Shown piece after piece: positions 15,112 through 25,878 of a DNA stretch of 64,000 nt (the stretch's first letter is position 1; the number at the start of each line of letters is the position of its first letter). Source of the stretch: Octopus vulgaris (Eukaryota); NCBI GenBank assembly GCA_951406725.2, contig OX597823.1:71734001-71798000 (forward strand), read 5' to 3'. The notes beneath the pieces were generated by a model. The model made no database searches. It was not told where the DNA came from and saw nothing but the letters and a program-made list of their open reading frames with translations. The translations under genes and the position numbers were made by a program.

Positions 15112-16933
15112 AACTAGAATGTGTTAATTATTTCTAATGCCTCAATTCTGTAGTAGAATGATTTTCCTTGTGCATATATAGTATGTGTCATGAAGTAAAT
15201 CTAATATGCAACGATATATGTAGACATGTAATATTCTTTTTATATATTTATTCAAAGTAAAGTCTTCCATATTCAAATGCGATTTTCTATTATTGTCTTC
15301 TGTTAAATCTTTAGGGTTTTCTCACTGCTATGCGCCAGGAGATCACAAGGGCACACAAAGGTTGGGCCTTAGATGCTGTTGTTCTAAACAACAATGTCAC
15401 AAAATCAATGAAAGAGGATATCAATTCTGCTCCACAGGAAGGTATGAAACAAGGATTTATGTATGAGATTTTTGGTATTTGAATCAAATTATAAATGCTT
15501 TATTAGGAATGTATGAAATATAAATGATATCTTTTATCCTTTAATTGTTTCGGTCATTTGACTGTGGCCATGCTGGGGCACCACATTAAAAGACCTTTTA
15601 GTCAAACAAATCAAAGTCTGGACTTAATATTTTTAAGCCTAGTACTTAATCTATTGGTCTCTTTTGCTGATCCACTATGTTACACCAACGCTAGTTGTCA
15701 AGCATTAGTGGGGAACAAACGCAGACACACATACACACAGTTACATGCTCACACATACACACACAAAGATGGGCTTCTTTTAGTTTCAGTCTACCAAATA
15801 CTCTCCCAAAGCTTTGGTCAGCCCGAGTCTATAGTAGAAGACACTTTCCCAAGGTAGGACACTTGTCCACTGTGGGACTGAACCCAGAACCGTGTGGTTG
15901 TGAAGCAAACTTCTTACCACATAGCTACACTGCACCTATATCTACATTAAGCTTTATAATGATCTTAATTTTAAATCCTGATTCTAACTTTGAGTTTTCT
16001 TACTTCATACCAATCAGAATCAATATTTATTTAAGTTTAAATGATTTTACAATACTAAAAGCATTTACATTTTTTTATATTCCATACTAGCAGTATCACC
16101 TGGCGTTGCTCGGGTTTGTTTCGACCCTTTAGAATCAGAATTTTTGAAAAGTAAAAATTTTGAATTACGTAGCTTGTTATTCTCTTTAAGTGGACATTTT
16201 TCTGGTTGAAATACACCGAAAAATGGCAACACAGCAGTCAAAAAATCCTAAAAAATAGAGATTTTCATAGAAAAAAAAGCACCTTTTTGATGTTAACGTG
16301 GTCTGATTTGAATTTTTTCTTCTACGGAAGGAAGAGCAAGCCTTCTTCTATTATACTCCCAATTTTGGTCAACTTGCACTGCAGGGTCTCAGAGGAGATA
16401 GTGTTAGTTGAAGTCTACCAAACCTGCTATACACAGACAACTTCAGCTTTATATATAGAAAGATTAGCATCATAAAATAGTGTGAGGGTGTTTGAGCGTG
16501 TGTTTATCTTCAAATGTTGGGTAGTTTGTTTTCAAATGGTACTTATACGACCGTTTTTATTCTTGTTGTGCATCTAAGGAAAATATACTTGTCAGAGTCA
16601 ATATTTCTACATAAAATAGTCTTTTATCATAACATAAGACATTCTCTCACATTACAAGTGTTTCTGCTGTTACCAGGATGAACTATTCCACATCTGTTTA
16701 TAAATGTGTAGATTAAGTGACCATGGTTCAACCCTTTGGCATTTAAACTGGCCATACCTGCCCCAAATATTCTACATATTTCATGTTCAGACTGGCTACA
16801 TCCAATCTCTCACACCTACCCTACAATGTCATTCTAAATATAAACAGTCACATCATCAAAATCTTGAAGTGATTAGAAAATGCATAATTAATTCAAAACA
16901 ACGTGAATAGATAAGCATTACCTCTAACAGAGT

Positions 16934-16972
<39 letters not shown>

Positions 16973-18966
16973 TAATGTCAGTTGGCCATACTGGGATGGG
17001 TTGGATAGTTTGACCAGGGCTGGTAAGCTGAGGGGCAGCACCAGATTCCAGTCCAATTTGGCATGGTTTCTATGGCTGGATGCTCTTCCTGATGCCAACC
17101 ACTCTGAGAGTGTAATGGGTGCTTTTAAGTAAGCTGAATACAATAGGGTTAATGATCATTAATTTGAACATGGTATGCTGCTGGCAGTGAGATACAAATG
17201 TTAATGGTTTAATTTATTGGAATAGGTGGGAGTAGTATCCATGATGTACGTTTATCCTTTCCAGACAGATAAGACATGTCAGTTCTGGTGAGACAAGAGT
17301 GATGTATTTATTATGGGGTTCAGAAAGGTAATGCAAAGTAAGGTTGATAAAAGGTGAGATGGGTGTGTCAGCTGGAATTTAGCTTTTGCTAGTCCAGAGG
17401 AAGAAAAACCATTGTTGTTATAGCAGAAATAACTTCTGGGAAAGATAACATTTCAACCGTGGCACAGTGTTGAACACTTTATTTGTGGTATGATATTTAT
17501 TTAAAATCTTTGGTACAAGGCCAGCAAGATCGGGAAAGGGGTTAAGTCAATTACATTGACCCAAGTGCTCAACTGGTACTCATTTTATTGAATCAGAAAG
17601 GATCAAAAGCAAAGTTGACCTGTGAGAATTTGAACTCGGAATGTTAAGATGGACAAAATACCGCTAAACCTTTTGTCTGGCATGCTAATGATTCTGCCAG
17701 CTCATCGCCTTATTTGGGATATAAATATTGTTGCTGTTCTATTGTGTCTGGGGAGAGTCATTTTTTTTTTGTGCCTTATAATGTAATACACTCACCAGTA
17801 AAATCTCCACTTATTTCTTATTTTTATTTTCTTAAAATTTTCATTGTGTCTTACAACCTTTTCAATAGTCTTGACTCTGTCTGTTATTTACACTGCGTTC
17901 CTTTTTGTTTGTTGTTGCTGTTATTGTTATTCAACCCCAATTCTAACTGAGCAGACAAATCAAATGTATTCATGTCATTCCTACCCTGTTCTGTTGGACA
18001 TTGTATATCCACCTTTATATTATCTAATGTCTCAATCTCTTTTCAAAAGGATAAGACATAACTTAAGAATGGTTTAGTTTCTATTTCTTGCATGTTGAGT
18101 AACCACATAGACATTGCCTCGTTGTCTCTATTGTGGTGTGAGTTAGTTTACTCTAACAGCCAAATGAGCTTTTTAAAAATGCAATGTAGGCACTGATCCA
18201 GATATGTCTCTCTTCCTTCTTCCAGCAATTGCAACTGATATGCCATGCCAGGAACCTCTGTTTTCCATTCAATTGGCAAGTCAGGAAGTTGATGATTGTG
18301 TCTGCCTATAACATCTTTGTTCTTGAATGTCTTCACCCAACCATTAAGGAATAGGAGTATCTAAAACATAACATCTGATATAGCCTGGCATTTATAGTAT
18401 ATATAATATGGGTCTATAGGTTTTAGCTGTAAATTGTTCATGAATAGCTGGAGTTGTGATATTGATGTGCATATCTCATTGGATGTTTCCTTCAACTCAG
18501 TCAAGCTATATGCTCTGTGGCTGATAAAACTGTATTAAAGAAGTAGAAATTGAGAATACTTAACAATTACTTAAGGCATGGTTTCTTTACAAAGAGTGAA
18601 CAAATGTGGTTAGAATCAAAATTAAAATCTCTTTTTAGATAAATGTAGATAACATCAGACTAACTTAATTATTCTATTTCAGGTGTATATGTACATGGAC
18701 TTTTCTTGGATGGGGCAGCCTGGGACAAGCGGAACAGCCGTGTAATTGAGCAGACGCCCAAAGTACTCAATGTAATACTTCCTGTTGTCCATATTTTTGC
18801 AATTAACACTGAGAGACCAAAAAGCAATGATATCTATGATTGTCCTGTGTACAAGAAACCACAGCGTACTGATCTCACCTACATATTTCCTCTCCTGCTC
18901 AAAACAAACAAACCTCCAGAGCATTGGATATTAAGAGGTGTTGCTTTACTCTGTGATATCAAATAA
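1056..18966 (+). CDS. DNAH5: Axonemal outer-arm dynein heavy chain (DNAH5/DNAH8 family), 3' part: join(1056..1220,1755..1949,3248..3398,5081..5192,7672..7828,9952..10164,13739..13867,15315..15441,18683..18966). The 5' part lies upstream of the window
   Basis: Nine exons with AG/GT boundaries and consistent phases (0,0,1,2,0,0,0,1) splice into one open frame. It carries dynein AAA6/C-terminal motifs [79 protein letters not shown] and [18 protein letters not shown]5 and DNAH8 cannot be told apart by eye. Confidence 0.95.
1560..1750. repeat. (GCT)n/(GTT)n/(GGT)n microsatellite abutting the exon acceptor
   Basis: Direct observation. Confidence 0.95.
1755..1949 (+). CDS. DNAH5: Dynein heavy chain exon (EQLDIN...IDPKK)
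   Basis: acag|GAG, AAA|gtaagt, [22 protein letters not shown]. Confidence 0.93.
3248..3398 (+). CDS. DNAH5: Dynein heavy chain exon (GVSWSTVRY...FSFYT)
   Basis: tatag|GGA, G|gtatgg, [15 protein letters not shown]. Not in the ORF track. Confidence 0.93.
3552..4212 (-). mobile_element. SINE family C (tRNA-like head, internal CA tract) with a nested family A SINE at about 3964-4190
   Basis: Homologous to copies at 15530-15935, 19240-19630, 28155-28530, 44372-44768, 47965-48415 and 60725-61145. CTTCTTA is duplicated around the nested copy. Confidence 0.8.
4525..4845 (-). mobile_element. SINE family B copy (diverged)
   Basis: Homologous to 12316-12700. Confidence 0.7.
5081..5192 (+). CDS. DNAH5: Dynein heavy chain exon (YTIPK...HPNADI)
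   Basis: aacag|GT, AC|gtaaga, [18 protein letters not shown]. Confidence 0.92.
5365..5710 (+). mobile_element. SINE-like family D fragment with internal tandem units (GTGGCATGTAAAAAGCACCA)
   Basis: Homologous to 7110-7585 (inverted) and 20180-20530. Confidence 0.7.
6060..6490 (-). mobile_element. Penelope-like retroelement remnant (RT C-terminal/linker region)
   Basis: [11 protein letters not shown]...AAPYYDSAL...[11 protein letters not shown], continuing after disablements as [13 protein letters not shown]. Confidence 0.75.
7110..7585 (-). mobile_element. SINE-like family D copy with (CAT)n tail
   Basis: GCATGGGTTGGAC...GGATGCCCTTCCTAATGCCAACCACT, also seen at 7853-8040, 16935-17130 and 20180-20530. 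Confidence 0.75.
7672..7828 (+). CDS. DNAH5: Dynein heavy chain exon (YQTNTA...YNPFE)
   Basis: ttcag|A, GAG|gtaaat, [18 protein letters not shown]. Confidence 0.92.
8495..9020 (+). mobile_element. Two adjacent family B-related SINEs
   Basis: tRNA-like heads at about 8497 and 8725, shared tail GAAAC..GAAAC.GGGCCC, partial homology to 12316-12700. Confidence 0.7.
9260..9910 (+). mobile_element. Tx1/L1-like LINE 3' remnant with 3' UTR
   Basis: AMAKECIWW...[18 protein letters not shown] resembles a Tx1 ORF2 C-terminus. A pyrimidine-rich UTR ends GTAAAGAAA. Confidence 0.55.
9952..10164 (+). CDS. DNAH5: Dynein heavy chain exon (VKERLKKMG...VSWKK)
   Basis: tccag|GTG, AAG|gttagt, [24 protein letters not shown]. 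Confidence 0.93.
10481..10874 (+). mobile_element. Non-autonomous Helitron-like element
   Basis: A|TC 5' end, subterminal CCGAGCAACACCGG hairpin, CTAG|T 3' end. Three copies in the window. Confidence 0.75.
12316..12700 (-). mobile_element. Full-length SINE family B with a 16-bp TSD
   Basis: TSD ACTCAGTAAGAGATAG at 12300-12315 and 12701-12716. tRNA-like A and B boxes in the head. Confidence 0.9.
13739..13867 (+). CDS. DNAH5: Dynein heavy chain exon ([12 protein letters not shown]...FFNPQ)
   Basis: tttag|ATT, CAA|gtaatc, [15 protein letters not shown]. Confidence 0.93.
14318..14365 (-). ncRNA. Degenerate minimal hammerhead motif in a Penelope-like terminal repeat (about 14230-14395)
   Basis: GACAC-CUGAUGA-A-GGCUG(10 nt)CAGCC-GAAA-cacu-GUAUU. 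The cleavage-site region is mutated. Confidence 0.55.
14395..14830 (+). mobile_element. RTE/BovB-like LINE 3' remnant
   Basis: Degenerate RIPKQMLYG...KPRL.FKDCVK. Confidence 0.6.
14952..14987 (-). ncRNA. Minimal hammerhead-like motif in a dispersed repeat (about 14865-15050)
   Basis: CUUU-CUGUGGA-aa-AGC(auag)GCU-c-GAAA-CGUU-AAAG. Confidence 0.5.
15315..15441 (+). CDS. DNAH5: Dynein heavy chain exon (GFLTAMRQ...SAPQE)
   Basis: tttag|GGT, G|gtatga, [13 protein letters not shown]. Confidence 0.93.
16087..16463 (-). mobile_element. Non-autonomous Helitron-like element (copy 2)
   Basis: Reverse complement of 10481-10874 with a small deletion. Confidence 0.75.
18683..18966 (+). CDS. DNAH5: Dynein heavy chain terminal exon ([14 protein letters not shown]...LLCDIK*)
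   Basis: ttcag|GT acceptor, canonical dynein C-terminus, TAA at 18964-18966. Confidence 0.95.
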
Positions 18967-18970
18967 TAAA
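18965..18970 (+). promoter_or_regulatory. Candidate polyadenylation signal overlapping the dynein stop codon
   Basis: AATAAA overlaps TAA and is followed by ATTAAA and T/GT-rich sequence. Confidence 0.4.
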
Positions 18971-20662
18971 TTAAAAATTTTCCATAAATCTCTTTCCCGA
19001 GTTTGCCTCTTGGATTTTATTTGTTCTTCACTTTCTCATCTCAGTATTTTGACATGTGTTTATATTGGTGGACTGTGAGATGAAGCGGAGATCAACTATT
19101 TGGGCAAAACGGTCCTGACCCAAGTGCTACTCACTACCTTAACTCATACCACCTCATCATGCACCTCTTTCCAGTTTAAGTTCAGTTCAGTTCATGCTAA
19201 AATGAGCCGATAAATTGTACCAGTTATTTCTGCTGTTTACGTTTTACTTGTTTGAGTCATTGGACTGTGGCTATATTGGGGTACTGCTTTGAAGGATTTA
19301 GTCAAAGAAATCTACCCCAGTATTTGTTTTTAAGTCTGGTATTTATTCAGTCAGTCTGTTTTTCTCAACCACTAAGTCAAAGTTACAGGGATGTAAACAA
19401 ACCAACACTGGTTGCCAATCAGTTGTAGGGGACAGACACAACACAAGCACAAGGACATACATACACATACACAGGATGGGTTCCTTTCAGTTTTCAACTA
19501 CCAAATCCACCCAGAAGGCTTTGGTTCGCACAAGGCTATAGTACAGTAGAAGATATTTTCCTAAGGAACTGAAAACCAAGATCATAAGGCTGGAAAACAA
19601 GCTTCTTAACCTCATAGCCACATTTATGCCTATTATTATGAATTTTTATATCGATTTTTTTATTAGAATAACTAGGGTAGTGCATAAATCCAGAAATGTA
19701 CATGACGTGATAATATGATGAAGACCACATTTATTTTGACAAGATGTGAAGCAGAATCAGCACCTAATATTTTAAAGATAAAAGCAAATGGATAAGCGTT
19801 TAAATATATTGGATAAATTCTGGAATACAGAGATGTGTCTATTAGGCAGCTGGAAAGTTTGACAAGTTGAGGCTGGAGGTAAATCTTACGTTATAAAAGA
19901 GAAGTTAATCTCCATCTGTCTATCCACACAACATCTAATATAGGGAGGGAAGAAGGGGAGGAATCAAAAGAAGAGATAAACCCTGTCACAATGTATGTTT
20001 AGAAGGGGAAGAACAAAAGTTGTTGAGAGAGAAAGGGAGTGTCTAAGACAGATAGGTAGTGTTGTCAACATAGTTACTAATAAGTTGTGATTAGAAAATG
20101 TGAGAAATTTTAGTGCAAGTCAACACACAACACAACAGAGACATACAAAATAACTATATATATATATATATATATATAAATGCACCATCCGAATTGTGGC
20201 CGATGCCAGCGCCGCCTCGACTGGCTTCCGTGTCGGTGGCACGTAAAAAGCACCATCCGAATCGTAGCCGAAGCCAGTGCCACCTCGACTGGCTTCCATA
20301 AAATGCACCAATCCGACCGTGGCCGATGCCAGCCTCGCCTGGCACCAGTGCAGGTGGCACGTAAAAAGCACCCACTACACTCACGGAGTGGTTGGCGTTA
20401 GGAAGGGCATCCAGCTGTAGAAACATTGCCAGATAAGACCGGAGCCTGGTACAGCCTTCTGGCTTCCCAGATCCCCGGTCGAACCGTCCAACCCATGCTA
20501 GCATGGGGAACGGACGTTAAACGATGATGATAATTATGATGATATATATATGTATATATATAATACATATAGTTACCATTTTGATTGTTTGTGTGTGTTT
20601 CTATATGTCTTTCATCATATAGACAATGTAACACAAATTTTAAGAAAGACTTTCACAATAAT

Positions 20663-21224
20663 CTTTTCTACTCTAGGCACATGGCCCAACATTTTTGGGG
20701 AGGGTGGGCAGTTGATTAGATTGACCCCAGTATGCAAATGATACTTAATTTATCCACCCCGAAAGGATGACAGGGACAGTTGAGCTCGGCGGAATTTGAA
20801 CTCAGAAAGTAATGACAGATGAAATACCCATTTCTTTACTACCCACAAGGGGCTAAACACAGAGAGGACAAACAAGGACAGACAAATGGATTAAGTCGAT
20901 TACATCGACCTCAGTGCGTAACTGGTACTTATTTAATCGACCTCAAAAGGATGAAAGGCAAAGTCAACCTCGGTGGAATTTGGACTCAGAACGTAAGGAC
21001 AGATGAAATACCTATTTCTTTACTACCCACAAGGGGCTAAACACAGAGGGGACAAACAAGGACAGACATCGACCCCAGTGCGTAACTGGTACTTAATTTA
21101 TTGACCTCAAAAGGATGAAAGGCAAAGACAACCTCAGCGGAATTTGAACTCACAACGTAACGGCAGACGAAATACTGCTAAGCATTTTGCCCGGCGTGCT
21201 AACGTTTCTGCCAGCTCGCCGCCT
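20663..21224 (-). mobile_element. SINE family A trimer
   Basis: One head plus three body units. The flanking 17-bp repeat AAGACTTT(C/T)ACAATAAT has one mismatch. Confidence 0.8.
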
Positions 21225-21572
21225 GAAGACTTTTACAATAATGACAGGTTGTTGTTGTTGTTACTCTTGTTGTTGAAAGTGAGAAAGAGAGAGAGAGAGA
21301 GAGAGAAAGTGTGTGTGTGAAAGAATGAATTAATATTTGTTTCAAGAAAAAAAAATTGGTTACTGTTGAGCATATCAATGTGATCGTTATATTAGGTTTC
21401 TGCTGAAGTATCTTTTCAATCTTGACTTGGTTGTTACCCGGCAGCATTGTGACGGATACGACTAGTATTATATAATACATTGGGGGTACTGTATGTGCTG
21501 TGTAAATAAATTCATATCAGAAATAGGAATGCAAAATCAGTTACTTTTAATACAAGGACAACATTTAACTTT

Positions 21573-21907
21573 ATTCTGTTATGTCTGGGGAGAGTCATTT
21601 TCTTTTTGTGCCTTATAATGTAACACACTCACCAGTAAAATTTCCACTTATTTCTTATTTGATTTTTCCTAAAATTTTTGTTGCATCTTGCAACCTTTTC
21701 AATAGTCTTGACTCTGTCCGTTATTTACAAACTAACAAAAAGGAACACAATGTAAATAACGGCCAGAGTCAAGGCTATTGAGAAGGCTGCAAGATGCAAC
21801 GAAAATTTTTGGAAAATAGAAATAAGAAAAAATTGGAAATTTTTCTGGTGAGTGTGTTACATTATAAGGCCCAAAAAGAAAATGACTCTCCCCAGACACA
21901 ACAGAAT
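21573..21907. repeat. Foldback: two inverted copies of a dispersed repeat
   Basis: Arms 21573-21729 and 21751-21907. The family also occurs at 17735-17910, 36600-36725 and 37540-37700. Confidence 0.85.
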
Positions 21908-22239
21908 ATGCTTCAACACACGAACTCATATAAAGAATCTTGAAAACCAAATCCCAAAACTATTTAACTTTATATTAATGTTTAAATCTTGCCTTGTTTT
22001 ATGAGACATGAGGTAATTATTAATGAAGCACAGTGAACTTGTTTAAATGTTAGATTTGGTCAATACTGTATGTATTTTCGAAAAGATCAATGAAAATCAT
22101 TAGCTTCACACCAATTAAAAGCAAAAACCTTTTTGCTTAAATTTAAACACAAACATTTCACTTAAAATCATTTTGGTTTTGTGTGTATACATTAGTCCAT
22201 TACAGCAAGTCCCGGTATTTATATATGCAAACGCATGAG

Positions 22240-22800
22240 TACACACACACCCCTCACGTTCAGACATACTACATGCACAAGTACACACACACACACGCAT
22301 ACCTCTCTCACATTTAGATGTACACATGCACAAGTACACACATACACACCCTCACATTCAGGCTTACAGATGCACAAGTACACACACACACACACACACA
22401 CGCACCACTCACATTCAGACATACACAAGTACACACACACACACACCCCTCACATTCAGACATACAAATGCACAAGCACACACACGCACACACACACACA
22501 CACACCACTCACATTCAGACATACACATGCACACACACACACACCACTCACATTCAGACATACACATGCACAAGTACACACACACACACCCCTCACATTC
22601 AGACATACAAATGCACAAGCACACACACGCACACACACATACACACACACACACCTCACTCACATTCAGACATACACATGCACAAGTACACACACACACA
22701 CACAGACACACACACACATACACACACCTCACATTCAGACATACACATGCACAAGTACACACACACACGCACACACACTCACTCATGTACACACACATAC
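22240..22800. repeat. CA-rich minisatellite (unit CACATTCAGACATACACATGCACAAGTA + (CA)n)
   Basis: About a dozen imperfect tandem units. Confidence 0.9.
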
Positions 22801-23149
22801 ATTGTATCTGTGGTGTATGGTTTATCATAAACTTGAATTTTAAATCTATAGCTTGGATTTAATGCTACTAGGACAGATATGTGAGAACCTCAGTTGGCAC
22901 AAGTTACTTCTCTGAAGATTTCAATTATCAGACCTGATACCTGCATGGAATATTTATTTTCAACTGATGAGTCATGGCATGCCATCAAGCAATGCACTGA
23001 AGTCTATTCTGTGATCTGGTTTACCAATCCATCCCAAGGAGTTGAGCAAAATGCTGCACACATCTGCTTGGACCCAAATGACCTGCACCCATATTAGTCC
23101 CCAAAAGACCGAATTGTGGTTTTGTTGCCACAGTTTGCCTCCAACACTT

Positions 23150-24330
23150 GAGACCATTAAGCAGCTTTCATTCTCTTGTATCTTAGAACAAACACCTTAG
23201 CTCTGACAATGCAACCTTCGTGCTAAGCATGAAGAATTGAAGAATTGGTCAGGAGCTAGTCTCGCTGTAAGCATATCAGTTACAATACATTTCCTAAGCA
23301 CCTCTTCTAAGTTTCCTTCTATTCTATTTCTTTCAATCGCCAATGCCTCACTAAACCTGGTCAATTCTACTCTATTTGCCCTTTTCAGGGCAAACCACCA
23401 TTTATCGTTATGACTGCCTCCATCAACACTTATTTAGCTAATTTGCTAATATGGTCGGTGTAAACTTAGCACTCGAGGAGTATTCAGCTGCCTGTAACCA
23501 GATCCCTGCCTAAGAAACCTATCTAGGTTGACTATATAGGGAGGGAAGAAGGAGAGGAATCAAAAGAAGAGATAAACTCTGTCACAATGTATGTTTAGAA
23601 GGGAAGAGCAAAAGTTGTTGAGAGAGAAAGGGAGTGTCTAAGACAGATAGGTAGTGTTGTCAACATAGTTACAAATTTGTGGTCTGTGTAGCTGACGATT
23701 TTACAAAGTGGACAGCTTATGTTGTCCTTATGTACTGTTCTACAGAAAATTGTATCAAAATATGACATGGATGACCTGATGCGGTTTGTCCTCGTCCACA
23801 CTGGAACATTCGGGAAATTCAGTTAGTACCTGTTAGACATTTGGAAGTGTCTGAACAGGCTGTAATGCTTTTGCACTCGCCTTGTCAAATAGCTAGTTCC
23901 ACACAATCCAAACCGGCATCCAAGTTGGCGTTCCAGCACTAAAATGGTTGAAAAACTCTCAGGAAAGCTTCCAGCCATCTGAAGAAATATGGCTGTCTTT
24001 ACCTTGTCAGAGCATAAAACAGCCAACCAGTCTGAAGGCACCCCTGTTGCCACTGTTGACATTCAGGATTGCCAGTTTACTTTCTTGGTCCAGGAAGATA
24101 GCCCTTATCTTGAGATCCAGATCTTTACAGAACAATACTGCAGCTCCCCGCCAACCATTCCTGGTTGCATGGAAATCAGTAAATCTCATATCCACCAAAA
24201 ATAAGCATGAAAGCCTATAAATCGAAAAGTCTGGTCTTACTGATAATCACATCTATAATTAGTGACCTGAGGTCATTGAGTAGATGGCTTTGTTTTTAAG
24301 GCGACTCCAACCATGTGAATTTTTACTGCC
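23150..24330 (-). mobile_element. Tx1/L1-like LINE remnant (APE endonuclease region)
   Basis: GAAVLFCKDLDLKI...LAILNV, SYFDTIFCR...YTDHKFV and GSGYRQLN (a GxGYWKLN-like motif), with frameshifts. Confidence 0.65.
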
Positions 24331-24509
24331 TATTCTGAGCCCGTCCTGTTGAGGAGTTGGGGACGGGGGAGGGGGCTAGTCAATTGCATCGACCCAGTGC
24401 TCAGCTGCTACTTATTTTAACAAAGTATCGCTAAACATTTTTCCCGGCGTGCTAACGATTCTGTCTGCTCACTGCTTTAATAATAATAATAATGATAATA
24501 ATAATAATG

Positions 24510-24544
<35 letters not shown>

Positions 24545-24549
24545 AATTC

Positions 24550-24940
24550 TTTTTACTGGAAGTACAAGGAGTCAGATTTGAGGGAAGGGATTAAGTCGAT
24601 TACATCGACTCCAGTGCGTAGCTGGTATTAATTTTATCGATCCCGAAGGATGAAAGGCAAAGTTGACCTCGGCGGAATTTGAACTCAGAACATAGCGGCA
24701 GACGAAATACCTATTTCTTTACTACCCACAAGGGACTAAGCACAGAGAGGACAAACAAGGACAGACAAACGGATAAAGTCGATTACATCGAGCCCAGTGC
24801 GTGACTGGTACTTATTTAATCGACTCCGAAAGGATGAAAGGCAAAGTCGGCCTCGGCTGAATTTGGACTCAGAACGTAACGGCAGACGAAATCCCGTTAG
24901 GTATTTCGCAGTGCGTGCTAACGATTCTGTCAGCTCGCCG
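24550..24940 (-). mobile_element. SINE family A dimer between (AAT)n tracts, with further decayed copies at 24350-24475 and 25000-25350
   Basis: Homology to 62502-62735. Confidence 0.8.
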
Positions 24941-24973
<33 letters not shown>

Positions 24974-25830
24974 TAATAATAATAATAATAATAATCATAC
25001 CTGAAATTGTTGGGGAGGGTACTGGTCGATTACATCGACTCCTGCGTTCAAGTGGTACTTGTTTCATCGACTCCGAAAAGATTCAGTAGAATTTGAACTC
25101 GGAATGTAAAGCTTAGAATTTTGCTTGTAATTTTTTGCTTAGTATTTTGATTGTAGTGTTAACAGTTCCACCAGCAACTCCGAGGAAAGGGGATTAACCG
25201 ATTACATCAACCCAAGTACTTTTCTGTTTCTTTATTTTATCGACCACAAAGAGATGAAAAGTTTAAGTTGACCTTAGTAGGATTCGAACTCAGACTATAA
25301 GCAGCTGCAACAAACAATGTCAAGAATTTTTCCGATGCTCTAATAATACCTGTTTTCAGTTCGATTGATATTTCCTTTCTAATTCTCGAACCGAAATCGA
25401 ACTGTTTATGCTACATATTCACTCCTAAAATAAAATGAATTCCATTACCAATAAATTTATTCTTTTGTTAATTATAGGGAAGACAAAATCCAAAGCTATT
25501 TATTCTCTAGCACATTCATTTCGAAAAAATATAATAAAACGCATTATTTTACCCTTCCGAGACCAGAGCAGAATACCGATTTAGTACCGCTGTTGTCCAT
25601 TAAGACATTTCTATTTCCCCGCCTTGGACTCTCTAGTTTGTAATTCACTTCCTTCCATGAGTTTATAATGGTACAGATTCTGGGCTGGATTATGATTTGT
25701 GAAAGGTTGTGTTGGAATATTGATGGTTGTGAGCAACAATGGAAATAACAAACCTTAAGTACAGTTTAATAGATGTAAAGTTTATACGTTGATATCATTG
25801 GTCGTGTTTGTTAGAAAGAGAGGAGGGAGG

Positions 25831-25878
<48 letters not shown>

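Noticed and set aside
22235-22862. Long His/Thr-rich or Cys/Val-rich ORFs
   Set aside because: CA minisatellite that is open in several frames on both strands.
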